Assembly (NCBI GenBank): GCA_030704615.1 | Contig: CM060731.1 | Location: forward strand, 26,846,001-26,910,000 | DNA: 64,000 bases | DNA from: Takakia lepidozioides | Lineage: Eukaryota; Plantae; Bryophyta | Direction: 5' to 3' | Shown: positions 24,421-38,200 of the stretch, one piece after another | Layout: every line of letters starts with the position of its first letter | Numbering within the stretch: position 1 is the first letter of the stretch | Made by a program: the position numbers and the translations under genes | The notes under the pieces: model-generated | What the model was told of the DNA's origin: nothing | The model's input: the letters and a program-made list of their open reading frames with translations, nothing else | Database searches by the model: none

Positions 24421-27400
24421 GTTTGAAGACCATGGAATCGCAGCTAACAATGGGATTTGTATAATCCAAAGACCCCAGCAGGAAATGTGGAAGAGGAGAA
24501 TCGCCTGAGCATTCTATCCAACTGACCTCGCAACTGACTACCGACTATTGTGTTTTTTCTTCCGCTCAATGTACCAGTCCAGGTTTAGGTTGATATTGCA
24601 TGGGTTAGCTTGTCCGCATGTGTGGTTGGAGCAAGGTATGAGATGAGGGTTACCGACATTGCATTGTCCAGGAAACCATGAATCAAAAGTTGGGGGCTTT
24701 CGAGTGTTTTAAAGTATTACGAGCACAGTAGAAAGTGCCCATCATTTGGCTCTTTTGTTGCCTTGTCCTGCGAGCATGTTGAAACCCAGAAAAAGAAACG
24801 GTTGATTTTTTGGGTTGTTTTCATTCACCTTCAGTGTCATGATGAGCTGTTTTCAGTCCGGAACATTTTACAGTTCAAGAATGTCCGCTTCAGGAGATAA
24901 TTCAAAGCCTCCTCGGAAACAGCGTTGGCCCCATGGATGTGGAAGTTTGTGGCAGCAGGTGTGTGGAGCCCACATCCTGCTGAGACCAGATGAGGAGATT
25001 TGGGTGCCATGGCTGCACCAAAACTTTCAACACATCCGAATGCCTTGCACTCCACTGCACGCCTCCCCTCCCCTCACCGACATACTCGCGTGAGCTGAAT
25101 AATAAAACAATGGTTTCTATATTGTTATGTTGCACCCACGGGCCATACAGTGAAGCGAAGAATCATTCCTTACTGATTCACACTTGTAACTGAAGGACTT
25201 GTATGTGAAGCAAATCCAAAAATCAAGTCTTGGGTCTGTAGTCTGTAGCGTACTTTCAGGCCCTCCGGTGGGTTGTTTTGTTATTCAACGATTTTCCATA
25301 CAAGTTATGTGTGACGAGGTAGGGATATCCAGAGCAGGGCTTGGTTCAAATGCTTTATGTCGAAGTCAGCTTAACAGCAAAGAAGAATATTGTGAGGCTA
25401 AGTGAGCTTATTGAAAGTTGTTATGGCAGACTCGCTGCAGTGTACTCTCACAGACTCTTCATAATCCACTTGTGGCCCAGGTTGCTGTGGGCCAGAGCCT
25501 GGACTCGGTCAGAGCTTGAGGCGGTAAAGTGATGGACTCTGGCCACATGGAACTAGTGTTATGGCTTCCAGGGAAGACTTGATGTACAACACTAGCTAGA
25601 GTATAAGTGGACTTCTCTCAGGAAAGAGAGGACCTCCCATGGCCGGTCGTTGGTACTGCGGAGGAGCCCAGTACTACACTGTATGCACGCCCAGTCTACC
25701 AGGACAAGGAAACTGAAATTGGAATGTGCGGGTGCCCAGAGGTTGGACGCACGGTGATATCTCACCTGCTCAGATCGGGATATGGTAGTCTATGCTCTTG
25801 TCAACGCTTCGGTAGACTTGGACCACTTGCAACATAGCTATATCCAATTCTAAGTCCTGAGTCTACTATTTAGACACAAACCGAAGATGCTGTGAGGACA
25901 CCACAGACTGCCATGGCAGACCACTGTAGTTCATACACCGCTCGTTTATCGAATCTGCTTCATTCCGTGCCTGCCGGGTAATAGGGCGGGACGAAGTAAG
26001 GAACGCGTGGGGCCACATGAGCAGAGTCCCGACAATGACAACTTTTCTACACATTCTGGGCATGGCCTGGCTCTCACATATTCTCATGCCTAAGCTTCCA
26101 GACTTGTGTCCCGACACTTTCAATTCCATTTTCGACCAGAAAGTCCACTCGGAGAGTCTGGAACTAGGCCGGTCGGTTTTCTTTCTAGCTCCACACCTAA
26201 CAACTTTTAGAATACGTCAAATCTTGAGGGCGTCAGAGTATTCTTTTCTCTTTTGCTGTGGGTAGTATACAATGCGACACGCTGCCCAAGCAGCTTCACA
26301 TAAGGAAGAGTACATTAGTGGGCTAGTGCAGTAAGATCAACCACGTGTTCACCATGCTGATATAGATAAACAAGTCTTCACATTAGTGGCAATCTTAAGA
26401 ATGTCTCATGGTTCCTGACATGCAGTCTGACATCAATCGAGAACAGGGAGGCGAGACAGCTGAACAATTGTACCCTACTATCTGATAGTAAATCGTAAAC
26501 AGTGTTCTAACCGGCAATGTTCACATGAGTGGCATGATTATAAAATCTAGTTTGGGGGTGTAGTAATGGTGTTCACATACTGTGGACCGCAGTGGGTTTG
26601 GATAACTGGGCCCCAGGAGCAGGAGGAAGCAAAAGGTGAGGCGGCCTTCACGGTCGTCCACACGGGAGCTTTCATCGATCTCTGAGCACACTCCAGTTCA
26701 TCCGAAAGTCCACATAGTGCTTCACTTTCCCGTAAGCATGGGTTTTTAGTATTTGGCCCACATTTTTCCACTGATGTTCGGGTATATCATACCACGTATG
26801 GCTCGCTAGCATTATACGAAACCGTAGCTTCGCTAAAGTGGAACTGCGGCATCATCAGTTGAAAATTTTGCTTTTCTTGCAACTTCAATGCCTCTACACA
26901 CTCAACTCCTTTTCGTATACAACCACTCTGCACCGCCCACTTGGATACAGCGGCAGTCCATGTAAAGCAAACCTTGGAAGACTGATGAGTAAGACTGATT
27001 TGGAGGTTCTGTTTGCGCAATTTTTTCCTGGAAACTCTCGAGTGTGGCAATGGGCCCCCCCCCCCCTACTGAATGTGGACTTGTCCAATTCCTTGGCGTC
27101 ACAGCCAACTTCTGACGCATATCTGTTTTGTGGGGCCCGTAACTTTCCCTTCTGTTGAAGCGGTTAGAAGGGAGCCAACTCTGTATTCTAATTGTAGAAA
27201 CTAGAAACGTTCCTTAATCGTAGCAACCTGCCACGGTCGGCTGCTTCCTCCCCTAAACGTGCTCAAAGGCTGGGATCGAGCAAAGAATCACTCTCCGTAG
27301 GAAAGAAGCACGACATTAGTGACGACAGTATGGGTTTCCTTTGGGCACGACTGGTACCGGCTTCACTCAGGACTTTGTCACGTAGCCTCTGCATTTATCC

Positions 27401-27577
27401 ACCGTACCAGTTTCCACGAAGGCAGAATACATCCAAGCCTATTTCTATAGATTTAAAGAATCCGTGTCATGCTAACCTCCCGAGTTGTGGGCCACACCAA
27501 TTCATCAGCTCTGTACCTTGTGGTACATCAGGCACGTCTTGTCTACGTACCTTTCCTCTACTGTGGGCCCGGGGCAA

Positions 27578-27788
27578 AGAAAGCATCTTGTGTCATAAAT
27601 TTAATTGTGTGTGTCTGACCCACTCCTCTGACCCTACCCGCAATTCTCTACCATTTTCGGCTCAAAAATAGAGACCTCTGCTCATTTTGAAAGCATCTTG
27701 TGTCATACATTTTATTGCGTGTGTGTCTGACCCACTCCTCTGACCCTACCCCGGTCTCATTGTCTACCCTTCCAAACCTCTGCTCACT
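27578..27788. repeat. Tandem duplication, about 110-bp unit x2
   Basis: aaagcatcttgtgtcata...gtgtgtctgacccactcctctgaccctaccc...acctctgctca occurs twice (from about 27579 and about 27690). Confidence 0.85.
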
Positions 27789-29041
27789 TTGATCTGCAAA
27801 GATCTCCGGGAGGAAGAAAGCGGACGTAAACCCCTAGATGTTCTGATCTGACTCCGACACAACACTCCTGCATTCAAACCAATTCAGTTTCTAAGTACCA
27901 GTCCTCCATTTCAGCTTCAACTGCTTCTAACTTAGCTCCACCTACACAGAATTGCTTGATAATTCTATGAATTCTATCGAGCTCATTCCCAAATCCTGTG
28001 GCTCGCAGCAACAGCATTGGACAATAAAGCCACGGCCCAAGATAAATCCTGGGCATGTTCTCCCCCTGCTTGGATCCAAAAGCATACCGAAAAAATTCTA
28101 TCTCAAATTCCTTGGCGTGTTTGCTTCATGGCCCTCTTGGGGGTTTCATTTTTTCTCCTCAATATTAATAGAATGTCCCAAAAATAAAATTATAATTATA
28201 ATCATCATCATCATCCTGCGGTTACAAATTATCAGAAAAGGTGAAAATAAAAAGCTAGGGTTTCCACAACGTGGGGTGAGGCTGCACGTCTTGTCTCATT
28301 TGCTTGATGGGAGAAATATCGGATGAATAGAATCAGATGCTGTTTTTCATCCATCCAAAATTTTGTTGTCCATCCACCTCAACGGTAAACCATACCCTCT
28401 TGTCTTTTTTATTTTTCCGAAAAAGACATGAGCAATGGTGGGGGGCCCACTGACTGTTGCACAATATTCATTCATGTTCATCAATTCTCACTTATTGCAG
28501 CCCTGATATATATATATATATATACACCGGCATACTTGTGGGAGTGAAGGCAAGGGCCATGACCCTTGTGCTGGGCTTCCTACTTTGGAACACCTTATTT
28601 TCTCCCCTCCCTGTAATTGATGGGCCTGATTTGTGCTCCACATGTTTCCCTTCCAAACAATTAAGAAACTAAAAAAAACCGGCATACAATTATTATTTTT
28701 TAAAGAGGGTACAATTATATTATAGCAGATATATTATAGAGCAATGTCTTTTTCCTTTTCTTCTTTGGGGTAAAAGGGTCAAAGGCCCTGAATGGACTGA
28801 TAAGCAAGAAAAAATATCCTTGCAGGAAAGACATGAAGGCCTACAAGGAGACACTGCTCCATGATAAATTGCTCACTTTCATTTTTTTATTTTTTATTTT
28901 TTTAACCATGTTTCTAAACCACTCTAAAGTTTCCAGGACCCCTGTCCCCTGTTTACCAGTATAATAGCTCCTGATTACCCTGGGCAGCACTTAGCATTAG
29001 GCCTCTTTTTTCTAATGCACATTACTCTTAAATACTCCAAG

Positions 29042-29288
29042 TTTTTTCTTTTCTTTTCCGGAAAGGAGGAAACCTGGGAGCAACTGCTCTCAATTCAGGC
29101 CCTTGAGGAGGGGGAAAAATTAACCCCCTCTCAGACAAGCCATTGGGCACACAAGAGGGAAACGTCACCCCCCAAACCAAACCGACAGGTCACGAAACAA
29201 ATCATACCCACAGGACAGAGTAGCAGGATATGAACCCTGAACCACCAGGGTGACACACGGTGCACTTATCAAACTGAGCTACCAGCCG
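29042..29288 (-). mobile_element. tRNA-derived SINE with A-rich tail
   Basis: Minus strand reads CGGCTGGTAGCTCAGTTTGATAAGTGCACCGTGTGTCACCCTGGTGGTTCAGGGTTCATATCCTG (A-box TAGCTCAGTTTG, B-box GGTTCATATCC, GTC at the anticodon position), then an unrelated body and a GAAAAGAAAAGAAAAAA tail. No clear TSD. Confidence 0.72.
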
Positions 29289-31583
29289 CAGGAAGTTGCA
29301 CTGACCAAACGCCCTGATTATGAGCTCTCATTTGAGTTTTATATTGTTCAAGAGATCTCGCCAAGACCATTCATTCAAGCTCTCAATATTTTGGGGAAAA
29401 AAAGTTTCTACATTGGAGAGCTCATCTCGGGATGGACAAATGGTGACTTCATCCTCAAAATCAGGGCATTGTGGGGGTTGCTGGTGGTTTATTTAATTCT
29501 TAATTTAGGTTGAGTTCCAGGAACTGAATGTGTAGTACAAGTTAGGTCAAACATATGTGCCAAACAAGTTTGTGGGAAAAAGCGAAAGTAGATGATTTGA
29601 AAAGAAGAAAGAGTTGAGTAGAATCATTCATCAGTGATTCATAGGGTCCATTGGAAAGCGGATGGTCAGTCATGACCGGAGCAATAATACAGACCAGATT
29701 GCCGGCACACTGACACTGTTGCCTCCCCAGAATTTGTGTCTGGGCCCGCCACATTCCCAACACACATGAACATGATCGGATAGACGATGCCTTTGTGCCT
29801 TGTTGTTTTGCTCTGCTTTTCTCCCCTCATTGTCATCGTTTGTCCACCGCGCATCTTCGAATGTATAGCGGCGTCACTTCCGCAACGCTACAACGACAAC
29901 TCCCAACATCTCACTCTCATCGAATCATCCGAGACCACAAATTTGTATTTCCCATTTTTGGCGATGTTTATCTTGACAAGTGTGTAGTGCGATGTTTGTA
30001 GGTGATGATAGACACCGACCACCAACCGTCTTATTTTTCTTCTCTTCATTTTATATAGACGATCGATTGTTTGGGCGACTTGACAGATTGGGATTTGTGA
30101 GGGTCCATGGATATGGTATTTTTTGTGATACTTATCTCGACGATTGAGAAATCTGAGGTTGGGATGTAGATGGAGTCCGCCAACACCCCATCTTCCTGTT
30201 TTCTCTTTTTCGCTAGTTTGGTCACATAGTGGTTGATTGATTGATTGGGGTCCATGGTGAGGGAGATAAGATACCTCTTCTAATAATCTGAGTTGGGCCC
30301 ATGGTGATAGGCTAGTTCACATGTCGTCTTGTCTTAGCGGTTGTGATGCTTGTCAAATGTTTTCATTGTGATGTGACAATGCGGGATCAAATATCACGTG
30401 ACCTAAATTTCTTACTAAAGTCCAACACACTAATATTTAGATTTTAAACAAACAATTTGAAATCATTTCATCCAAGTTTTGACTTTAGGTTAATGAGTAG
30501 AGGATAGCCAAATGTAGCCTAGAAGCTTCTATGCCACATTTCACACCAAACAGGAGCACTTTTCCATACATTTTGTGTCAGGGCATCTCTAGCAAGTTTT
30601 TGGGAAAACCCACCAAAGCCACTTATCAATCAATGATGATGATGATGATAGGTTATTAAGGCCAACACAAAGACAACCATACCTTTTATTCATTATTAAA
30701 TAACAAGGCATCCAATTGATACGCTCAAAATTGTAAACTATTTTCTTTTCTGAAAAGCAAAAAAAACTATTTTGACCATTCAACGTTTTTCAATCCCAAT
30801 TAGAACCAAAGTAGCAGTCAAATTAGGAGTGACAAGAGTGAGGGTGGGACCGGACTCCATCACCTTTGAGCACTTAGCTCTCCCAAGTCCAGGAGACGTC
30901 ATTCTTTTTAAAGTGGGCCACTTACCCCCCAAAACATTGGATAGCGGTCTATTATTAGTTTTAGGGCTAGGAATGGAAGAGTGTGCACATGCACATTCAT
31001 CCATCAGCTTCATACGGTATCGCCTGTAATATTCCTCAGTGATGATATCATATCTCATGAACTGTCAGAAAAGCGAAAATCAATCTGTTAGGTGGCCTCA
31101 AAAATCATGAACCAAATGATTGTGGAGATGGGCTTGAAAAGTTGTGAACAGCATCAAAAGACCTAATATGTAAAAATCATCCTCTGAACCAAAAATGGTT
31201 GTCAAAGGAGAGAAAATGGCACGGCATCCATCCCAGCAGGCTGGCAGCTCACTTAGTGCAAAACGCTCTCCCCTTGAGGGCGGGAGGTTAACTGGAGGCG
31301 CCATAGATCTTTTAGGAAAGGCAAATCAAAAGCACAACTCTCCTCGGAGAGCTTCAGTAGAAAATAGATTCTGTTTTATGGTCGCAGCTGCATTGCTTCT
31401 CCTTCCAGTTTCCACTTTCTCTGCTCTGGCTACTGTTCTTCAGGGCTACTTAGCAGTGACTTCCTGTATCAGCCTCTATGGCACCCTTTCAGATTTCTTC
31501 TATGTTCTCTTCGGACAACTTTGTCCTCACCTTTCTATAAAGTTTAAGGGTGTCCACTCCCTTTCTCTTTTTAAAAAAAAAAA

Positions 31584-31647
31584 GGTATCTGTATCTGTAT
31601 CTGAAACTGTATCTGTACCTGTATCTGTATCTGATATGCAGATACAG
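31584..31647. repeat. (GTATCT)n hexamer repeat with terminal inverted copy
   Basis: gtatctgtatctgtatctgaaactgtatctgtacctgtatctgtatctgatatgcagatacag. Confidence 0.75.
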
Positions 31648-34600
31648 TTAAGAGGTAATCTTGAAATAGGGTAGGTTTTTCCTCTCCATGAATTAACCCA
31701 AATTAACTGCCAAGTGTTGGTATCCCAGTTAGATAAAGCACCCAGGTTTCAAGAGAATAAGAATCAGAATAAGAACATACTGAGTAAGTTCTCCAAAAAC
31801 CCATTCAACTCTTTTTCCATTTTCAAATAATTGTGCAGACTGACAAGTGAGCTAGTTCAGTAGTCACTGTACCCTCATTCTTGAGAAGCTATTCTTTGAT
31901 GGGGAGTTATATAACTGATGAGGATGAGGATGATGATGGTTGTTGCTAACAGCATGACAGTCATTGATGGGTTACTTGCTGGAAAAACCAGAAAGGATTT
32001 TGAGATACCTATGTTTGAATTGACAGCTTTGTTCTTTTATATAATCAATTCTTATACATGTGGATGAGGATCTCTATTCTTCAATGTGACTTCAAAGAAT
32101 TCCCAATCTATTCTTCACATTTCCTCAGAACTTTAGTTCCATGTCATGAGAATTTCTATTTCAGAAGCCTCATAAGTAAGGTAGGCTCATGAACTCAATC
32201 CCTGCCCACTGCCCAGCAAATGCTCTCGAGGTGATTGTGTGAAGCACACTGTGTATGGGACTCCAACATCAATAATAACATGAACTTTCCATGAAAACTG
32301 GGTCTCTGTTTTTGGCAAAAACCCAAGTGGGGGACATTGTAATTTGAGAGAGGGACATTGAAGAAAGAAAGATGTTTCATAATAGTGTTTGTAGTGGGTA
32401 TTTAGAGCACAAGTAGAAGGCGATGTCTTTACGCTGAAGAGTGTGTGGAGCAACGTGCAGAGCAGGAAATACGTGGCCAGGGTGGGACACTAAACCATAC
32501 CACCCAAATCATTCATTCATGGCACTTATTTCATCCGTTCACTCATCCTTGTGTGGGTTTTAATATACCCATTCTAATAATATGCATCTTGCTCCTGCTT
32601 TCATTCCTGGCATTCAATGGGGATGACCGTTACTTATTAGCAATTGGGAATCTCTTCTGCAAATCATGTTTCTCTTAAATGTGTTTCTGTCCTGTCCTAA
32701 AGCAACTGTGAACAATTGTGGGTTGTCCTCATAATTCTATTCCACCGCAGTATGTTCCTCCATCCCTTCCTTCAATGATAAAAACAGTATAACGCCTGGA
32801 ACTGTGAGTACATACAGACACAACACACTGTGAGCTCCCTGTGGGATGGATTTCTACTCGTATTTATAATAAGGCAATTCCAACTTTAGCCAGACTTGCT
32901 GGCATACCACTGCACTCACTGTCGCCCCCCCTTCAAGTAGTGTTTGAATTAGAGCTCCGCATTAAGCTTGTTTCATTCCTTGAATGTATGCAGCACAGAA
33001 TCTGGTTAATTGGCCCGTGTAGGGAATATGGCTCTGAGCCTGCCGCAATCATTGCCGCTTTATGCGGCCCTTTGTCTCCCCACTCCAGGATCTCGCCCAA
33101 CTCCTTTGGGACTCCGATTGATCCGCATGTCCATGGTTTGGGTTCACAGTTCACAGTCAAGGAAGCGGAGTCGATGAGGCAATTGAACCGTTACACACGT
33201 GAAAAAGTACAGCAATGGAGAATAGCACAAAGTAGTTACTCTGCCCTTGTGAGAGTTGGGTGGCGAGCATTTTGTCCAGCAACTTGCGATGATCATGTGT
33301 ACAGTTGTGGGCCCTGGTACTGAGAGTGATGATCACGGGACAGCAGATGAGCAAACCCCCTGTAAGGATGCTGTGTTATTTGCGGCTGAACTATATGGAT
33401 TGCATACTGATGCTTGAATCATGTTCAGTGTTGAGATTTGAAGGGCGGACCCACCGTTCATTTTGAAAGGTATAAAGTAGGATTACTCTTCAAGTGAAGG
33501 AAAAAGTACTCTCTATTTTGACGGGGTTACTTTTTGTTTCAATGCCCTTCCGAACACTGTGAGGGCCTAGCTACTACCGAGAGGCTACAGAGACTGCCCT
33601 TCACAAAGTAAATCCGTACATGCAGCTGACGGCGACGTGTTTGATGTTTCAAAGTCTATCTTCTCTTCGCTGATGTCTCTTCAACCGTCTCAGACTCTCT
33701 TTCATGGATTTCATAGACAAATGTGGTTCCAAGGGAACGTTTCGCAGACTGCAATGCAAGCAGCTATGAACCCTCGCACCAGTGTTGTTACGATGCTCAA
33801 ATTCACGAGTCCATACGTCCATACCTTCAACAATCGCACTTGTTTCGCTCACGGCCTGTGTCTCGTCCTGTTTGGTATACACTTCGTCTTCGTCTAAAAT
33901 GAGAAAGCCCAGTTGATTTTTGCGTTCTAGATCGTCCAAACTTGGAGCCAACTCTCCGCACAGTGGCGTTGGAGCTTAGAAGACATCTGGGACAGCACTC
34001 ATTGTGTGCTGTAGACCACTGACAGGCCCAAGCACTGCTTCATCAAATTACAGAATACCGACATCATTGCAGTGAGCGAAGTAGCTGCCTTTGAAATGAA
34101 ATGTGAAAATAAGTATTGTTGCGTCCAATATCCCTCTCCCTTCCCTTAAGTCTCTTAGCACTTGGATCAATTGGATTCACATACTTCATAGCCAGGCCCT
34201 GGGAAGAAACTGTGATTTCCATCCACACATTTGTTGTTCTAAACTCACCCATTGGCTGGATATACTTTGATCACCACCAAGAGCCCACTTTTAGTTTACT
34301 GTAGGGCAGTGCATCGAGTTAAAGGTTGAGCCTGTAAGGACCTTACACAATATTTTAGATTCCAACAGACAAAACTGACTGTACTGCCAAAACAGGCTCT
34401 CTTGCAGATCAGGGAGACACGAGGCCAAAAAACCCAAAAAAAATATTCTTCTGATGATCAATCACCGCCAAAACCACAAAAATCCTCTACTCTCAGCAAT
34501 CCAGAAGTACACACCCACGTCCAACACATGTTACCCAGCATCCAATGTTGGGACTTACAGATTAGGGACAGCTTTCTAGACCAAGTGGAGCCACGGGATA

Positions 34601-35216
34601 AAGGAACACATCATACTCTTAAGTCTTCACAAATAAAATATTTGTTCAAGTACTTGCCATGATTGCAACAGAACACTGCAATCTATTTGGAGATGGCTTC
34701 ATTTTGAAAAAATAAACAAGCTAACTCTAGTGTTAGGTTGATATTGTACACAGGCAGACAATATACCCTAAAGACATACTGGAACACTTGTTAGGTTACA
34801 CCAAAAAGAGCAGCCATGGGCTTATCCTTACATTGCTACAGGCTGCAGCTGCCAATGTGGCAAGCAATCTTTGCCAATCCGGGATATGTTCGCGGGTGAA
34901 TTCAACCTTTGTTCAGTTTTTTTGAGAGCCACCTGCTTTGTAACCATGGTCCATGCTGCCACTATCAAGACTAAGCTTGCAAATCAAACATCCAGCTGGA
35001 CAGCCATTCACAGTCTGAACCACCATGTGCCGGTCACTAGTTAATCCAGAGAAACACATGGCACATGATTCCAGCAGGGGATGAAGAAATGACATTGTCG
35101 TTCACCACTCATAGCAGCAATTGCCAGCATGGCCATTACTCGACCCAAGCACGTTGGTTTGCCATCATGGGGCTCACAAGAGTAAACAGCCATACCGCAA
35201 TTCCATTTAAAAGACA

Positions 35217-38200
35217 CTACGCTGAAGCGATAGCAGGGGTCTGATGAACCACTCGATAGCATTGAAGGCTGCAGAGGGGCGCGTGGGACTTGGAGTCCCG
35301 GTACTTATATGTGTTGGGACATGAGGGTGCAGCACACTTCTCTCGGACAGGTGGGTAACTGCAAGCAAGGGACATTGGGTGTCTGTCAGACCATCCAAAA
35401 CTTGACCAAGATACAACCCAGATCTTTGTCAAATCTTAAGCTCTATATTTGGTGACCTAAGTTGTCTCTCTTCAAGATGAAATGGACAACTTGCAACAAT
35501 GAGTTCGGTTTTTCTTGAAACCCAAAACTTCCATCCTTCATTTCCTTCAAAATTGATTACAAAATGCCCAAAGCACATTTTTCACAGCTTTAGATGGAAG
35601 GATGAGGAAGAGACCTGCCAGGACCAGATTTGAAAAAGTTGGGAAGTCCCACATCGTCTGCAAATGACACAACAGTGCCCAAGGGGCCCAGACTCCAGCG
35701 GATGGTGTTGGTAGCTGGCTCCAATGCAGCTGCCTTCTTCTCCTACAGTGTACAAGCAATATTTTAGGTCAATAACTCACATTGCCATCATAGAGAAGGT
35801 CTTGAAACCAAGGGAGAAGGGATGGAAGTGATAAATGCAACAACCAAATGGACCCACCCTATTTTAAAGTGCTCGCTCATATGTTATCTGCACAATCATA
35901 GAACCAATGTGTATAGAGGCAGGCACCAACCGATGAAGGCTATACCTGTTCAATCTCTTGCCTCTGCTTTTGAAGGCGATCTTCCCGCCTCTTCCTTGTA
36001 GAGTCCTGGCCCAATATCTTTTGGATTGCAGTTGCCTGTCAAGTACATCAACAACAACTTTCTCAGTCAATGACTGATAAGAGGAAACTATATAGTGGGA
36101 AGTATGCCGTTACATGGCCTAGCGACCAATGACCCAACAAAGATGGTGACAATCTCAGTATGCCATTGCTACTTTAGTGCCAATGATATCCTAAAGATTT
36201 TTTTGTCCCTTTGTTTCCCTTATCTGAGGCATTCTATGTCTGAGCAGCATTTGGGCTTTTTCCACTGTTGTAAGACACTTTTACACTATCACGCTGCAAA
36301 ACACGTGAGAGATTTGAGTGGTCAATGGAGGCATCACCACCCAAGGTATGGTTTGGACAGGTTACAACAAATTGGAGCCATGCTTGATGTTCAAAGGAGG
36401 CTGATCCTACTCAAAGGAAAGGATCAACAAGGGCTGCAGGTACCCATCAGAAAGGTGTCCCTACAAGGGGGCTCCAAGCCCATGACATTGCAGCATGACG
36501 CCGTCAGACAGAGGATCACACAACAAGGACAACCAAGTTGTAGCCCAGTGGTAATGGGCTACCACCTCGGCAGTGGTTGTGGGTTCAATTCACCCTTGGT
36601 GTCACAAAGGTGTCCACCTTCCTAGCGGAAGGCAGTAGTCCTTCGGGGTGAAGTGACTCCATAAGTTCCGCTTCCTTCGGGAGGCGTCATACTTTTTTTT
36701 ACTATACTTTTTCACACAACAAGATGGGCAGACCTGCCTATCACCAGTTCTATGCATTTCAGCCTGACAGGCAAGTCCTCTTCAGCTGGAACATACCAAC
36801 AGTGGGTAAGGCATTTGTGGGGAAGGTCAAGCAGAAATCACCATTGGGATTTCGCATAGCCAACCACTATCCGGATACAGGGAACTAAGGGTTCATGTAA
36901 GTAGAAATCAAGCCAGAAAATAGAATGCTGCTTCCAGGACTGCTTCTGTAACCACAAATGTGACACAAATACTACCAGGTACACTAAGGGCAGGCACATG
37001 CAGAGACTGTAGTCAAAATACATTGTTTTCCGTAGCCTTGTGGCCATAGACCTGAGAATAACCCAGACAATGTATCAACCACATGCAGAGAGAGAGACAG
37101 GGAGAAAGAAGTGGGTGGGGAGGAAGGAGGAGCATGTAAATGACCTGAATCTCTTTGGCAGCTTTCTCCACTTGCTGTTTACGACGACGAGCCGCTTCTG
37201 CTCTCTTAACTTGTCTCTCAGCATCTGTCAGCTTGCCCTTACCCTCTGCTCCACAGCACAATGTGTAATGAGCCAAATAAACAGTCCAGATGATCAGCTT
37301 TGCTTTTTCACAAAATCAAGAAAGTCTTCCTGATGGACTGTGGTCTTGACCTCCGGTACTGAGCAAAGTTCTTCACAGGACCGGCCTTGGTCCAAGACTT
37401 AAGACTTAACTCAAGAGTAAACTACATGTTCTATTTGGATTCAAAGAAGCATCATGTACTAATTCACTAACAGTGAAGTGCAAGTAACTCGTATATAATG
37501 GAGAAACCATATAAATGCTATTGCATCATGTAACTCCAGTCTACAACTGCAGTGCATGATGTCGACATCAGACTCAATCACATGAAGTATCCAACACAGA
37601 AATCTAGGTGGGCCTGTTACCCCAATAGAACCAAAGACAAGCCTCACTCTTTCAGACAAATGGTTGCTTTCAAGCATACAGACACTAGAAAGGAGGAACT
37701 AGCTGGTTCCTTGGGGTCCTATGTACCCATTCCAAACATCACTTTCAACAGAAACAACATTGGAAACCTACAGAGGCAATGATCTAACTTGAGCACAAAA
37801 GTTCTCCTCCGTTAACATATATATGACAATCAACCGGGTGTTATTACCACAGCAGAGTTACATTCAGAAAGCATTGGAATAGGCACATACTGCGACCAGA
37901 CGGATTAGTTAAGCCCTCGGGGAACTCTATCAAACTGGTGACAACATCACCATCTCCCTCTTTAGACGATTGCATTGCACGCTGCCGAGCAGTGAGGGCC
38001 ACACCATTCCCTGACTTTTCTTTGTTATTTCCGATATTTTGCACCCTCCCTCGCTTCACCCTCCCAGGCCCCCCTTCTTCTTCATCCTCATCATCTAAGT
38101 CTTCTAAGTCCTCGTCCTCATCCGAAGTTGCACCCACCGCCATTGCACTCAACTCCTCATCTTCCTCTGAGTCCTCTACCTCTTGCATTGGTACAGTCAC

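Noticed and set aside
27578-27788. Direct repeats as CRISPR-like arrays (also 39410-39660, 62539-62628)
   Set aside because: Only two units each, no repeat-spacer periodicity, eukaryotic context and no cas genes.
29225-29288. Functional tRNA-Asp gene
   Set aside because: Stems do not pair properly and the T-loop is mutated; the body and A-tail that follow indicate a SINE.
29770-30430. Broken minus-strand frames resembling the 1-1866 region
   Set aside because: Probably an old repeat, but no diagnostic motif or termini.
31780-33330. Exon-like acidic fragment (DEDEDDD) and a 160-aa ORF at 32841-33323
   Set aside because: No recognisable domain, a non-ATG start, and stops in the acidic fragment.
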